NCBI GenBank assembly: GCA_051653605.1
Contig: JBOFWL010000145.1
Coordinates: 328,121-392,120, forward strand
From: Brevinema sp.
Lineage (GTDB): Bacteria > Spirochaetota > Brevinematia > Brevinematales > Brevinemataceae
Length of the DNA: 64,000 nt
Direction: 5' to 3'
The position numbers were made by a program, and so were the translations under genes. Positions within the stretch are counted from its first letter, which is position 1. Every line of letters begins with the position of its first letter. Positions 10,389 through 19,252 of this stretch are shown here, in pieces. The notes beneath the pieces were generated by a model. It was not told the DNA's origin and ran no database searches. It worked only from the letters and a program-made list of their open reading frames with translations.

Positions 10389-10437
10389 AAACTCCTCCAG
10401 TGAGAGTAAACCGTGAAAGAAAGAAAACCCCCATTCT

Positions 10438-10466
10438 AGTATAGCATAATCAGCGAATATTGTCAT
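10438..10466 (-). promoter_or_regulatory. sigma70 promoter for the TPR-tamB(-bamA) unit
   Basis: On the minus strand: ATGACA (10466-10461), N17, TATACT (10443-10438). Confidence 0.5.
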
Positions 10467-10537
10467 ATTATTAGAGATAATATTTTGAATTTTTGTAGGC
10501 TATCTTAAAAATTTTTAATAGCATTTTTTAGTAAATC

Positions 10538-10566
10538 TTGATATTTTTATACTGATGTTTTATGAT
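10538..10566 (+). promoter_or_regulatory. sigma70 promoter, possibly producing a leaderless mRNA
   Basis: TTGATA (10538-10543), N17, TATGAT (10561-10566). The ATG at 10572 follows after only 5 nt, with no SD. Confidence 0.5.
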
Positions 10567-10571
10567 GTATT

Positions 10572-10985
10572 ATGAGAAGAATATATTTAATATTAAGCCT
10601 TTTTGGTCTTCTTTCTTGTTCTACACGAGCTATCGAGAATTTTTTCACTGATTTAAGTGGTACCTACCGCGTTAATGCTGCAGGGGCGGTTTTTCTGTTG
10701 CGAACATTTCCTCAGTTAAGCATCTCAAACAACGCAAGCATTGTCTCCGACAACTCAGGGCGTTTTAGTTATTCTAATAGTTCAACAGGCCTTGTTACAC
10801 CTCTTTTTTCTATAGAAGGAACACCTCGTTCTGCTCAATCTGGGGTTTTTGTCGTAGAAGGGCAACAGCTATATTTTGGTGTAGAATTAGAGAATCGAAG
10901 TAACTTAATGTTTAGTTCAAATATCGTATTTAGCCCGGATGAAGCAGAGTTTTTCTTTTTATTGCCGGTTGCTAACAAGCAATAA
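10572..10985 (+). CDS. Hypothetical lipoprotein
   Basis: 137 aa. The N-terminus MRRIYLILSLFGLLSCS has a lipobox-like LLSC. I recognise no family. Confidence 0.6.
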   Translation: MRRIYLILSLFGLLSCSTRAIENFFTDLSGTYRVNAAGAVFLLRTFPQLSISNNASIVSDNSGRFSYSNSSTGLVTPLFSIEGTPRSAQSGVFVVEGQQLYFGVELENRSNLMFSSNIVFSPDEAEFFFLLPVANKQ

Positions 10986-11005
10986 ATATAATCAAGGGGA
11001 GATTT

Positions 11006-12139
11006 ATGAAAAAACATCAAGCAGTTGTCTCTTATTTTATGGATATGGCAGCAATAGCATCTCCATCATTTCAAGAAAAACCAGTATTTGATTACATCCA
11101 ACGTTTTTTTGATGAGAAAAAAGCCGATGCGAGTCGCTTTAGCCTGAAGCGTTTTCCCTATACCGATGCAAAAGGTCGTAGTAGTGAAAATATGGTAATT
11201 CGGATTAAAGCAAACGACAGTTCGAAAAAATCACTATTTTTTGATGCCCACGCAGATACTGTTCCTCCCTGTGAAAAAGTCACCCCAATTTTGGACGAAA
11301 CAAAAGGCATTATCCATAGCGATGGAAGCTCTGTACTAGGAGCCGACGACAAAGCCGGTATAGCAGCAATGCTTGCAACTATAGACTGGATTCTCGAAAA
11401 CAACCCAAAGCATGGAGAACTTGTATTTATTATTTCTTCTGCAGAGGAAGTAGGGCTTGTTGGAGCACAATTTCTTCCCGAAAACGAGCTTCAAAATATC
11501 GATTTTGGGTTTATTTTGGATAGTGGTGGGCCTGTGGGTAAGATCAATCTTGAAGCACCCTACCACTACGATTACTCTATCACAGTAAAAGGGCGTTCGT
11601 CTCACGCTGGCATGGAACCTGAAAAAGGGTTAAATGCCATTAAGGTGGCAGGGGCTCTTATTCTCGACCTACCAACAGGGCGCGTCTCCGAAGATACCGT
11701 CTCTAACATAGGTATTATCAATGGTGGATTCGCACGAAATGTTGTTCCTGATACCTGTACTATTATAGGAGAGTTTCGCTCTTTAAAAGATGAAAAGTGT
11801 CAACCCCTTATAAAACAAGTAAAAGAAGCGGTTGCTAAGCATAAAGCTCAAGCTGTGGATATTACCTGCGAACTCAACAAATCTAACGAAGGGTATAGTT
11901 TTACAGCAGAAAGCCCTATTGTGGCATTCACAACAAAAGCGCTTGCCGATATAGGCATCACCGCAGAGTATGAAAGCTCAACTGGGGGAACAAACGCCAA
12001 TATCTATACAGGAAAAGGCGTTGTATCTACTGTTGTTAGCGTTGGTATGGAAGAAATCCATTCTGTCAACGAATATATCCGCATTAAAGATTTAGAAGAT
12101 ACGACACGCTTGCTTATCCGTCTTATCGAAAATTCATAA
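11006..12139 (+). CDS. M20/M25/M40 family metallopeptidase (tripeptidase PepT-like)
   Basis: 377 aa with the M20 metal-ligand motifs HADTV, GADDKAGIAAM and SSAEEVGLVGA. The SD is GGGGAG. Confidence 0.85.
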   Translation: MKKHQAVVSYFMDMAAIASPSFQEKPVFDYIQRFFDEKKADASRFSLKRFPYTDAKGRSSENMVIRIKANDSSKKSLFFDAHADTVPPCEKVTPILDETKGIIHSDGSSVLGADDKAGIAAMLATIDWILENNPKHGELVFIISSAEEVGLVGAQFLPENELQNIDFGFILDSGGPVGKINLEAPYHYDYSITVKGRSSHAGMEPEKGLNAIKVAGALILDLPTGRVSEDTVSNIGIINGGFARNVVPDTCTIIGEFRSLKDEKCQPLIKQVKEAVAKHKAQAVDITCELNKSNEGYSFTAESPIVAFTTKALADIGITAEYESSTGGTNANIYTGKGVVSTVVSVGMEEIHSVNEYIRIKDLEDTTRLLIRLIENS

Positions 12140-13167
12140 TGTCGTATTTTCTCGATTTTGATCTCCCTAGCGAATTAATTGCAGCACAACCTTCGGCAAA
12201 ACGTGGTGATGACCGAATCATGATCCTCCAGAATGGACAAATCACACACAGCCACTTCGAAGAATCTCTATCTCATATCAACAAAGGCGACCTCATTGTT
12301 TTTAATAATACTAAAGTCTTTAAAGCGCGCCTTTTTTTCACCTCGGCAAAAAGTGGGCTAGAAAGCGAGTTATTACTTATCGAACGCCTGGGGCCAAATA
12401 TTTGGTCTGCAATGATTAAAAAAGCTCGTCGTCTCAAAGAAGGAGATATAATTATATTTTCCCACCGGAGAGCAAGTATAGGTAAAACAATGGAGGATGG
12501 CCTCAGAGAGGTGATTTTTGATGAAGAATTTTCACCCGCCGACGCCGATCGAATAGGGCAGATTCCTCTCCCCCCCTACATCATCGAAGAACGTCGCCGA
12601 CGCCACCAAGAATTATACAGCTCCAGCGATGAAGAACGCTATCAAACTCTTTTTGCACGGCTTTATGGATCGGTTGCAGCGCCAACAGCCTCTCTTCGAT
12701 TTACTCGAGAAATTTTATCATCGTTAACTAGCCGAGGGGTGCTCACCACAGAAATAACATTACACGTGGGTATAGGCACCTTCAAGCCGATGGATAGCCA
12801 CCCCGATGATTTCAAAATTCATTCAGAAAAAGCAGAGATTTCAGAAGAAACCGCAGCCATCATCAAAGAAACAAAAGCTCGTGGTGGGCGAGTTATCGCC
12901 GCGGGGACAACGGTTTGTCGCACACTCGAGGCCTTCGAAGGAAAAGCAAATCGCGGTTATGCGGAAATTTTCATTAAACCTGGATACCAATTCAAAGTTA
13001 CCGATGGTCTGATTACAAATTTTCACTTGCCACATTCAACCTTACTTCTTTTAGTGCAAGCATTTGCAGGAGTAGATTTTACTCGCCAAGCCTATATCGA
13101 GGCATTAGAACACAAATATCAGTTTTTTAGTTATGGTGATGGAATGCTGATTCTAGCAGATAAATAA
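12139..13167 (+). CDS. queA: S-adenosylmethionine:tRNA ribosyltransferase-isomerase QueA
   Basis: 342 aa with FDFDLPSELIAAQP, IPLPPYI, VAAPTASLRFT and GTTVCRTLE. Its start overlaps the previous stop (TAATG). Confidence 0.95.
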   Translation: MSYFLDFDLPSELIAAQPSAKRGDDRIMILQNGQITHSHFEESLSHINKGDLIVFNNTKVFKARLFFTSAKSGLESELLLIERLGPNIWSAMIKKARRLKEGDIIIFSHRRASIGKTMEDGLREVIFDEEFSPADADRIGQIPLPPYIIEERRRRHQELYSSSDEERYQTLFARLYGSVAAPTASLRFTREILSSLTSRGVLTTEITLHVGIGTFKPMDSHPDDFKIHSEKAEISEETAAIIKETKARGGRVIAAGTTVCRTLEAFEGKANRGYAEIFIKPGYQFKVTDGLITNFHLPHSTLLLLVQAFAGVDFTRQAYIEALEHKYQFFSYGDGMLILADK

Positions 13168-13197
13168 AAAGCCCCGAAATATTTCGGGGTTTCTTTG
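13166..13197. terminator. Bidirectional intrinsic terminator (queA, and the convergent 13204 gene)
   Basis: GCCCCGAAAT/ATTTCGGGGT is a palindromic hairpin (13171-13190) flanked by an A-run and a T-rich tail. Confidence 0.85.
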
Positions 13198-13203
13198 AAT
13201 TTA

Positions 13204-13578
13204 TTATTTATTTGCTTCGATAGCCTCGGCAAGAAGCATTATATTTTTACGAAGATAGTATTGAATATCTTCCGCCGCCACACTAATACAAGAAATTTGA
13301 TGTAAAGCTCTCACTAACATATCTTCTTCGGTGGGTTCATCCAAGCGAGGGATAGAAAGCACATACCCCAGTAATTGCTTGTTAATACGCACAATATCTA
13401 CCTTCTGAATATCTATCACGTGAACAGCCTCTACTAAAATTAAAGTCATTTTGCGTACGTTTTCAATGAGCGTTGCTTGCTGCTCTAAATTTAGGGAGGG
13501 AATTAAAAGCAAAGATTTAGTTTCTGAAAGATATTCTATAAGCTGAAGATAATCATCATTTTTCAGAGCCACTAGCAA
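13204..13578 (-). CDS. Hypothetical protein (124 aa)
   Basis: The ORF start overlaps the upstream nucleotidyltransferase stop by 7 nt. It looks helical and has no recognisable motif. Confidence 0.5.
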   Translation of the reverse strand: MLVALKNDDYLQLIEYLSETKSLLLIPSLNLEQQATLIENVRKMTLILVEAVHVIDIQKVDIVRINKQLLGYVLSIPRLDEPTEEDMLVRALHQISCISVAAEDIQYYLRKNIMLLAEAIEANK

Positions 13579-14618
13579 ACCTCTGGATGATCCGATGCCA
13601 GCTTATCAAGTAGTGATTTCATTGCAATAGGATTGTTTTTATCCACAATTAATAGGGCGTCGCCTGTATCAATAGCGGCAATGTTTTCGACACCAGCAAA
13701 TGTAATCAATTTTGATGTTTTCGAAAACCCTAAACAACCTTCTGAAGAAACAGCTGTGATAGATGCTTCTCCAGCAGCAACATTACTAGTAGATTCGGTA
13801 GCTAAAGCCTCATGAACGCTTTCCCAAGTTCCAATATCACGCCATTTAGAGCACTTTAAGGGAAGGGCATAGAGATTTGATGCCTTTTCTGCAACAAGAA
13901 CATCAAAGGCAACTTTTGGGCAGGATGAATAATTTGCTTCGAACTCTTCATAACTTGATGTTTGCCAGCGTGATGCTAATTCTGGATCGTTTTCATGCAA
14001 AGCCGCAAGAAGAGAATTAATCGAAAACGTAAAAATTCCTGCATTCCAAAATTTATTTGTTGGCTCTGAAGGGTTTTTCTCCCACGCACTAAACCATTCT
14101 TTTGCAAGCTCAAGATTGGGTTTCTCTTTAAAAGAATGCACTTTACGTTTAGGGGATAAATCATCTTCTAATTGAATATAGCCATAACCCGTTTCGGCGC
14201 GTGTTGGCTTGAGAGTGTAGCAAAAAATTGCCTCGGAGGCATCAATGCTTGTATCAAATTCAAAATCACCAATGTAATGATCCGAAGGAAAAACTGTAAC
14301 GGCTTCTGTATCTGAAATGCCTAGTTTTTGAAGATATTTCAAGCCCAATAAAATAGCTGGAGCAGTGTTTTTAGCGTCAGGTTCGGCGATAACATCTCCA
14401 AATCCCTTCCAAACCTCTTTAAATAGAGGCACTTGCTGAGCGATTGTCACCAAACTAATTGATTTTGGATCAATCCCTTGAGCAACTACTCTTTCTGCAG
14501 TTTGAATAACAAGAGGTTTATCCTCGTTGAGGGGAGAAAGTAGTTGTTTGGGCATTGTTTTTCGAGATAAAGGCCACAATCTTGTGCCTTGTCCACCTGC
14601 TAATATGAGAATTTTCAT
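13572..14618 (-). CDS. Mannose-1-phosphate guanylyltransferase-like sugar nucleotidyltransferase
   Basis: 348 aa with the N-terminal NTP-transferase signature [27 protein letters not shown]. No C-terminal cupin/isomerase domain is present. It overlaps the pyrG stop by 4 nt. Confidence 0.8.
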   Translation of the reverse strand: MKILILAGGQGTRLWPLSRKTMPKQLLSPLNEDKPLVIQTAERVVAQGIDPKSISLVTIAQQVPLFKEVWKGFGDVIAEPDAKNTAPAILLGLKYLQKLGISDTEAVTVFPSDHYIGDFEFDTSIDASEAIFCYTLKPTRAETGYGYIQLEDDLSPKRKVHSFKEKPNLELAKEWFSAWEKNPSEPTNKFWNAGIFTFSINSLLAALHENDPELASRWQTSSYEEFEANYSSCPKVAFDVLVAEKASNLYALPLKCSKWRDIGTWESVHEALATESTSNVAAGEASITAVSSEGCLGFSKTSKLITFAGVENIAAIDTGDALLIVDKNNPIAMKSLLDKLASDHPEVC

Positions 14619-16228
14619 CCTTTTGCCTCTCTATAGTTTTGAGCGGCGGCAACAAACCCTTTAAATAGGGGGTGAGGCCGTAAAGGCGAGGATAAAAATT
14701 CGGGGTGATATTGCACTCCAAGGTAGAACGGGTGCGAATCTATCTCGACAATTTCTACTAACTCGGAAGGCCCTGTCCCAGAGATAGTCAGCCCTCCATC
14801 GATCAATCGTTGCACAAAATCGGGATTAACTTCATATCGGTGGCGATGTCTTTCGACAATTTCTGTAGAAGCATATAAGCGTGCTGCAAGCGAATTTTCT
14901 GTAAGTTTAGCAGTGTAAGCGCCTAATCTCATGGTTCCCCCAAGGTTTTTGATCCCTTTAAGGTTGGTAAGCATATCAACAACAGGGTTAGTCGTATCGG
15001 GAATGAACTCGGTAGAGTCGGCATCCTTAATGCCCAAAACGTTTCGCGCGTATTCCATCACCATGCATTGCAGCCCCAGACAAATTCCAAAAGCTGGCAC
15101 TTTATTTTCACGGGCATATTTTAAAGCTTTTATTTTTCCTAAAATTCCTCGAATGCCAAAGCCTCCGGGAATAAAAATTCCATCAACCTTTTTAAGTAAA
15201 GCAATGGCCTCTTCATCATTTTCTTCGATAAGCTCTGGATTAAGAGAATGAAAATTGATCTTCACCCCATTTGCAGCAGCAGCATGAGTGAATGCTTCAA
15301 ATACAGATTTATAAGCATCATCAAGCTTTAAATACTTACCAACAAAGGCGATATCTAATACTCCTGTTGAGCAAAGGACAGAGTCGACGAACTTTTTCCA
15401 AGGTGAGAGATCTATTTTTTTCTTGAGATTTAATCCTAAACGAGCTTCAATCCCGTCCAGTATTTTTTCTTGATAGAGTAAAGAAGGGATTTCATATATT
15501 GTCTGCTTAACATTTGGAAGAGAAATTACAGCGTGAGTAGGCACATTACAAAAGAGAGCCAATTTCTCTTTAATATCCCTGCTTAAGGGTTCGTTAGAAC
15601 GACAAATCAGCATATCAGGGTGAATACCATCACTCATCAGCGTTTTAACAGAATGTTGGGAAGGTTTTGTCTTTACTTCCCCACTAGTAACAGTGGGAAC
15701 AAGGGTTAGGTGGATAAACATAACGTTATCACGGCCTTCTTCGATAAGAAATTGACGCAAAGCCTCAACAAAAGGAAGCGATTCGACATCGCCTACAGTT
15801 CCACCTAGCTCGATAATACACACATCAGAATTATTTTGGTCGAAAAGTCGAATACGACGCTTAATTTCATCAGTAATATGAGGTATAACCTGTACGGTTT
15901 GCCCTAAGTACTCTCCTCGACGTTCTGATTCGATTACTTTTTGGTAAACTTTTCCTGTAGTAATAGCAGAATCTCTGGTTGCACGAATATTAACATAGCG
16001 TTCATAGTTACCCAAATCAAGGTCTGTTTCTGTACCGTCATCGAGAACAAAAACCTCACCATGCTCATAAGGGCGCATCGTTCCAGCATCAACATTAAGA
16101 TATGGGTCTATCTTCATCATGTTAACAGAATGCCCTGCAGCTTTGATCAATACTCCAATAGAAGAGGCAGTAATCCCCTTGCCTAAAGAAGAGACAACAC
16201 CACCGGTGACGAAAATATACTTTGCCAT
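14615..16228 (-). CDS. pyrG: CTP synthase
   Basis: 537 aa with [15 protein letters not shown], the GATase domain motif GICLGLQ, and GVQYHPEF. Confidence 0.97.
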   Translation of the reverse strand: MAKYIFVTGGVVSSLGKGITASSIGVLIKAAGHSVNMMKIDPYLNVDAGTMRPYEHGEVFVLDDGTETDLDLGNYERYVNIRATRDSAITTGKVYQKVIESERRGEYLGQTVQVIPHITDEIKRRIRLFDQNNSDVCIIELGGTVGDVESLPFVEALRQFLIEEGRDNVMFIHLTLVPTVTSGEVKTKPSQHSVKTLMSDGIHPDMLICRSNEPLSRDIKEKLALFCNVPTHAVISLPNVKQTIYEIPSLLYQEKILDGIEARLGLNLKKKIDLSPWKKFVDSVLCSTGVLDIAFVGKYLKLDDAYKSVFEAFTHAAAANGVKINFHSLNPELIEENDEEAIALLKKVDGIFIPGGFGIRGILGKIKALKYARENKVPAFGICLGLQCMVMEYARNVLGIKDADSTEFIPDTTNPVVDMLTNLKGIKNLGGTMRLGAYTAKLTENSLAARLYASTEIVERHRHRYEVNPDFVQRLIDGGLTISGTGPSELVEIVEIDSHPFYLGVQYHPEFLSSPLRPHPLFKGFVAAAQNYREAKG

Positions 16229-16389
16229 AACATCCTCTTCTAAGTTTTATTATTTTAGCATATTTCAAAAAAAAAAACAAGAAGGAGAAAAGCCAGAAAT
16301 TTTATTTGTGGAAATAAACCACGTATACTATTTGAAAATTAATACCAATGTTCCGTTGCCGCCGACACAGAACAACCTTAAAGCAAGTC

Positions 16390-16418
16390 TTGCTAAAATA
16401 TGATAAATCTTGTATAAT
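16390..16418 (+). promoter_or_regulatory. sigma70 promoter for lepA
   Basis: TTGCTA (16390-16395), N17, TATAAT (16413-16418). Confidence 0.7.
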
Positions 16419-16450
16419 GTGATGAATTTTATCAAAACTATAGGATGACC

Positions 16451-18256
16451 ATGTCTTACAAAAGCACTCTGCGTAATTTTTGTATTATCGCGCATATCGA
16501 CCACGGCAAAAGTACTCTTGCCGACCGTATTCTCGAGCTTACAGGGTTGATGGACCCAAGCAAATCTGGCTCTCAAGTCCTCGATTCGATGGAAGTTGAA
16601 AAAGAACACGGTATCACCGTAAAAGCTCAAACCGTTTCTGCTCCTTATAAGGCTAAAGACGGAAAGCAATATCAGCTAAATCTAATCGACACCCCTGGGC
16701 ACGTCGATTTTTCTTATGAGGTTAGTCGAAGCCTTGCCGCCTGCGAAGGAGCACTACTTCTTGTTGATTCAACGCAAGGTATTCAAGCACAAACACTTAG
16801 CACGTTCTACCAAGCTGTCGGAAACGACCTTGAAATCATTCCTGTGCTTAATAAGATTGATCTTCCAAATTCTCGGGTCGAAGAAATCCTTGAACAAATC
16901 GAAAATGAACTCGGCTTAGCTCGCGAAGATGCCGTCTGTGTGAGCGCCAAAACTGGGATGGGTATGGATCAACTTTTTGAATCTATCGTTGAAAAAATCC
17001 CTCACCCCAAGGGCGATGCTGCCGAAAAATTGCAGGCACTTGTCTACGATGCCTACTACGATGCCTATCGTGGAGTGGTGGTTAAAATCCGTATTATGCA
17101 AGGTACTCTTAAATCTGGCAGTGAAATTTTTTTCATGCACTCTCAAAAAACGTACACCGCAGACGAAGTTGGCTTGATGCAAATAGCCTTCAACAAAAAA
17201 CCCGAACTCAAAGCGGGGGATGTTGGATATATTATGGCTCAAATCAAAAGCCTAGAGGATATTACCATTGGTGATACGATCACTCTAGCAAATAATCCTT
17301 GTTCAACCCCTCTAGAAGGATATCAAAAACCTCAAGCTTACGTCTTTGCAGGGATTTTTCCTGGTGATGGAGAAGATTTTGCCGATCTAGACGATGCACT
17401 TCAGCGTCTTAAGCTTACAGATGCCTCTCTTCAATTTGAAAAATGGAATTCTGGAGCACTGGGCATGGGCTTTAAGTGCGGATTTTTAGGCTTATTGCAC
17501 CTTGAAATTATCCGAGAACGCCTCGAAAAAGAACACAACCTTTCTGTTATCTCAACAGTGCCTTCTGTAGAATATAAAGTTGTCCTCAACACAGGTAAAG
17601 AGTTTTTCATCGAAAACGCAACCGAATTCCCAGACCCAGGGCAGGTTAAATATGTCGAGGAGCCTTTCGTTAAAGCTAGCATCATCACCCCTAATGAATA
17701 CATGGGGGCCATTATGACGCTGATGCAGGAAAGAAGAGGCATCCAGACCAATATGATTTATATTGATACTAAAAGGGTACAAATCGATTGTGAATTGCCT
17801 CTTGCCGAAATTATTTACGATTTCTTTGATAAACTGAAAAGCTATTCTCGTGGCTATGCTTCCTTCGACTACTCCTTCCTCGAATTTCGACAAAGTAAAG
17901 TTGTTAGGATGGATATTTTAGTTAGTGGGAAACCCGTTGATGCGCTTGCACAAATGGTTTTTGCTGAGGATGTACGCAGAAGAGGGCTTGTTATTGTTAA
18001 AAAATTGCGAGAGTTAATTCCCAAACATATGTTCCAAATTGCGCTACAAGCAGCAATTGGCTCGACAGTTGTTGCCCGTGAAACCATCTCTGCCATGAGA
18101 AAAGATGTTACGGCAAAGTGTTATGGTGGTGATATATCGCGTAAGCGTAAGCTTCTCGATAAGCAAAAAGAGGGAAAGAAAAAAATGAAGATGATCGGTT
18201 CGGTTAATATTCCTCAAGAAGCCTTTATCGAAGTTCTCAAGAGAGATGAGGATTAA
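16451..18256 (+). CDS. lepA: Elongation factor 4 (LepA)
   Basis: ORF 16445-18256. The second ATG at 16451 lies 5 nt after AGGA. Motifs are IIAHIDHGKSTLADR, DTPGHVDF and NKIDL, with the LepA C-terminal domain. Confidence 0.97.
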   Translation: MSYKSTLRNFCIIAHIDHGKSTLADRILELTGLMDPSKSGSQVLDSMEVEKEHGITVKAQTVSAPYKAKDGKQYQLNLIDTPGHVDFSYEVSRSLAACEGALLLVDSTQGIQAQTLSTFYQAVGNDLEIIPVLNKIDLPNSRVEEILEQIENELGLAREDAVCVSAKTGMGMDQLFESIVEKIPHPKGDAAEKLQALVYDAYYDAYRGVVVKIRIMQGTLKSGSEIFFMHSQKTYTADEVGLMQIAFNKKPELKAGDVGYIMAQIKSLEDITIGDTITLANNPCSTPLEGYQKPQAYVFAGIFPGDGEDFADLDDALQRLKLTDASLQFEKWNSGALGMGFKCGFLGLLHLEIIRERLEKEHNLSVISTVPSVEYKVVLNTGKEFFIENATEFPDPGQVKYVEEPFVKASIITPNEYMGAIMTLMQERRGIQTNMIYIDTKRVQIDCELPLAEIIYDFFDKLKSYSRGYASFDYSFLEFRQSKVVRMDILVSGKPVDALAQMVFAEDVRRRGLVIVKKLRELIPKHMFQIALQAAIGSTVVARETISAMRKDVTAKCYGGDISRKRKLLDKQKEGKKKMKMIGSVNIPQEAFIEVLKRDED

Positions 18257-18259
18257 AAG

Positions 18260-18457
18260 ATGTGGAAGAGTGCTCTTACTGTCATTGGGACAATCGCAAT
18301 CGGTGTGGCCGTGCGTTTTATCTATGATTTTTGGGTGAAGCCTTTTTTCTCTAAGAAAAATTCAGTGAAAACATCACTCCCCAGTAAAGAAGAACTCAAA
18401 AGCCTCAAAAAATCTGCCAAGGCTCTTAAAAAACAGAAAAAAAATACGCCCTCATAA
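18260..18457 (+). CDS. Small membrane protein with Lys-rich tail
   Basis: 65 aa with one TM segment (ALTVIGTIAIGVAVRFIY) and then a K-rich tail. GAGGA lies 7 nt upstream, and the stop lies in the loop of the terminator. Confidence 0.5.
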   Translation: MWKSALTVIGTIAIGVAVRFIYDFWVKPFFSKKNSVKTSLPSKEELKSLKKSAKALKKQKKNTPS

Positions 18458-18473
18458 CGAGGGCGTATTTTCT
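18436..18473. terminator. Bidirectional terminator between the lepA unit and the carbonic anhydrase gene
   Basis: AATACGCCCTC (18443-18453) pairs with GAGGGCGTATT (18459-18469), flanked by an A-run and a T-run. Confidence 0.85.
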
Positions 18474-18488
18474 ATAAGTAGTTATATT

Positions 18489-19169
18489 CTACAAATGAGG
18501 GTGATAGACTGGCTTTCTACCTTTGAGGTCTTGAACTTCTCGGTAGTTGTTAGAATACCAAGTGTTATGACGCTCAAGTTGCTCTGCAGAAATAGTAACA
18601 GGGTTAGCCATTACATACCAAGAAACATTCTCACTATAAGGAGGTGTTGTCAAGGAACCTGGGTAAGCAAAGTAAGACTTATTAGCAGGGAATAAAGATG
18701 CAAAAGAAATGTTTTCTGCAGAAATATCTTCTTTGTTTTCACTTTCGTAAATACTTAGAACTCTTTCAAAAACAGGATTTGCTTCTCCAACATTATAAAC
18801 AACGCCAATAACAAGAAGATCGTTCTCATCAGCTACGTTTTGGTGAACCAAATGCCCTTCTAAAGCATAGCGTTCTCCATTAATTGTATGTTCAGAGCCA
18901 GAATGGAAATGCATTTGAAGCATTTTATATTCTTTTCCTTCAAACTCAGATGTACCGGTTGCGTAAAACTTGAAATCATAAGTTTCGCGAGCAACTTTAG
19001 TAATTATACCAAAGTCAGATACTAAACTTGCAGGTGTTCCTTCTTCAATATCAGCGGTAACGATATCGATAGGTGACTGTCTTAAACCAGTTATGGACGA
19101 GCTTTCTGTCTTCGCACAAGCTACTGTCAAAAGAACAATAGCAACCATCAATCCATAAAACTTTTTCAT
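18489..19169 (-). CDS. Alpha-class carbonic anhydrase, probable lipoprotein
   Basis: ORF 18489-19196. The ATG at 19169 (MKKFYGLMVAIVLLTVAC) is preceded by AGGAGG. Motifs are QSPIDI and the zinc-His motif HFHSGSEHTINGERYALEGHLVH. Confidence 0.9.
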   Translation of the reverse strand: MKKFYGLMVAIVLLTVACAKTESSSITGLRQSPIDIVTADIEEGTPASLVSDFGIITKVARETYDFKFYATGTSEFEGKEYKMLQMHFHSGSEHTINGERYALEGHLVHQNVADENDLLVIGVVYNVGEANPVFERVLSIYESENKEDISAENISFASLFPANKSYFAYPGSLTTPPYSENVSWYVMANPVTISAEQLERHNTWYSNNYREVQDLKGRKPVYHPHL

Positions 19170-19252
19170 ACATCCTCCTATTTCTATAACCAACATTTGT
19201 TGGCGTGCATGAGTTAGATTTTAATTTATATTCCTAATGAAGAATATCTTAT

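Noticed and set aside
16328-16669. A 113-aa minus-strand ORF spanning the pyrG-lepA intergenic region and the lepA 5' end.
   Set aside because: It overlaps the lepA promoter and the conserved GTPase G1 region in antisense. It has no SD and no recognisable product.
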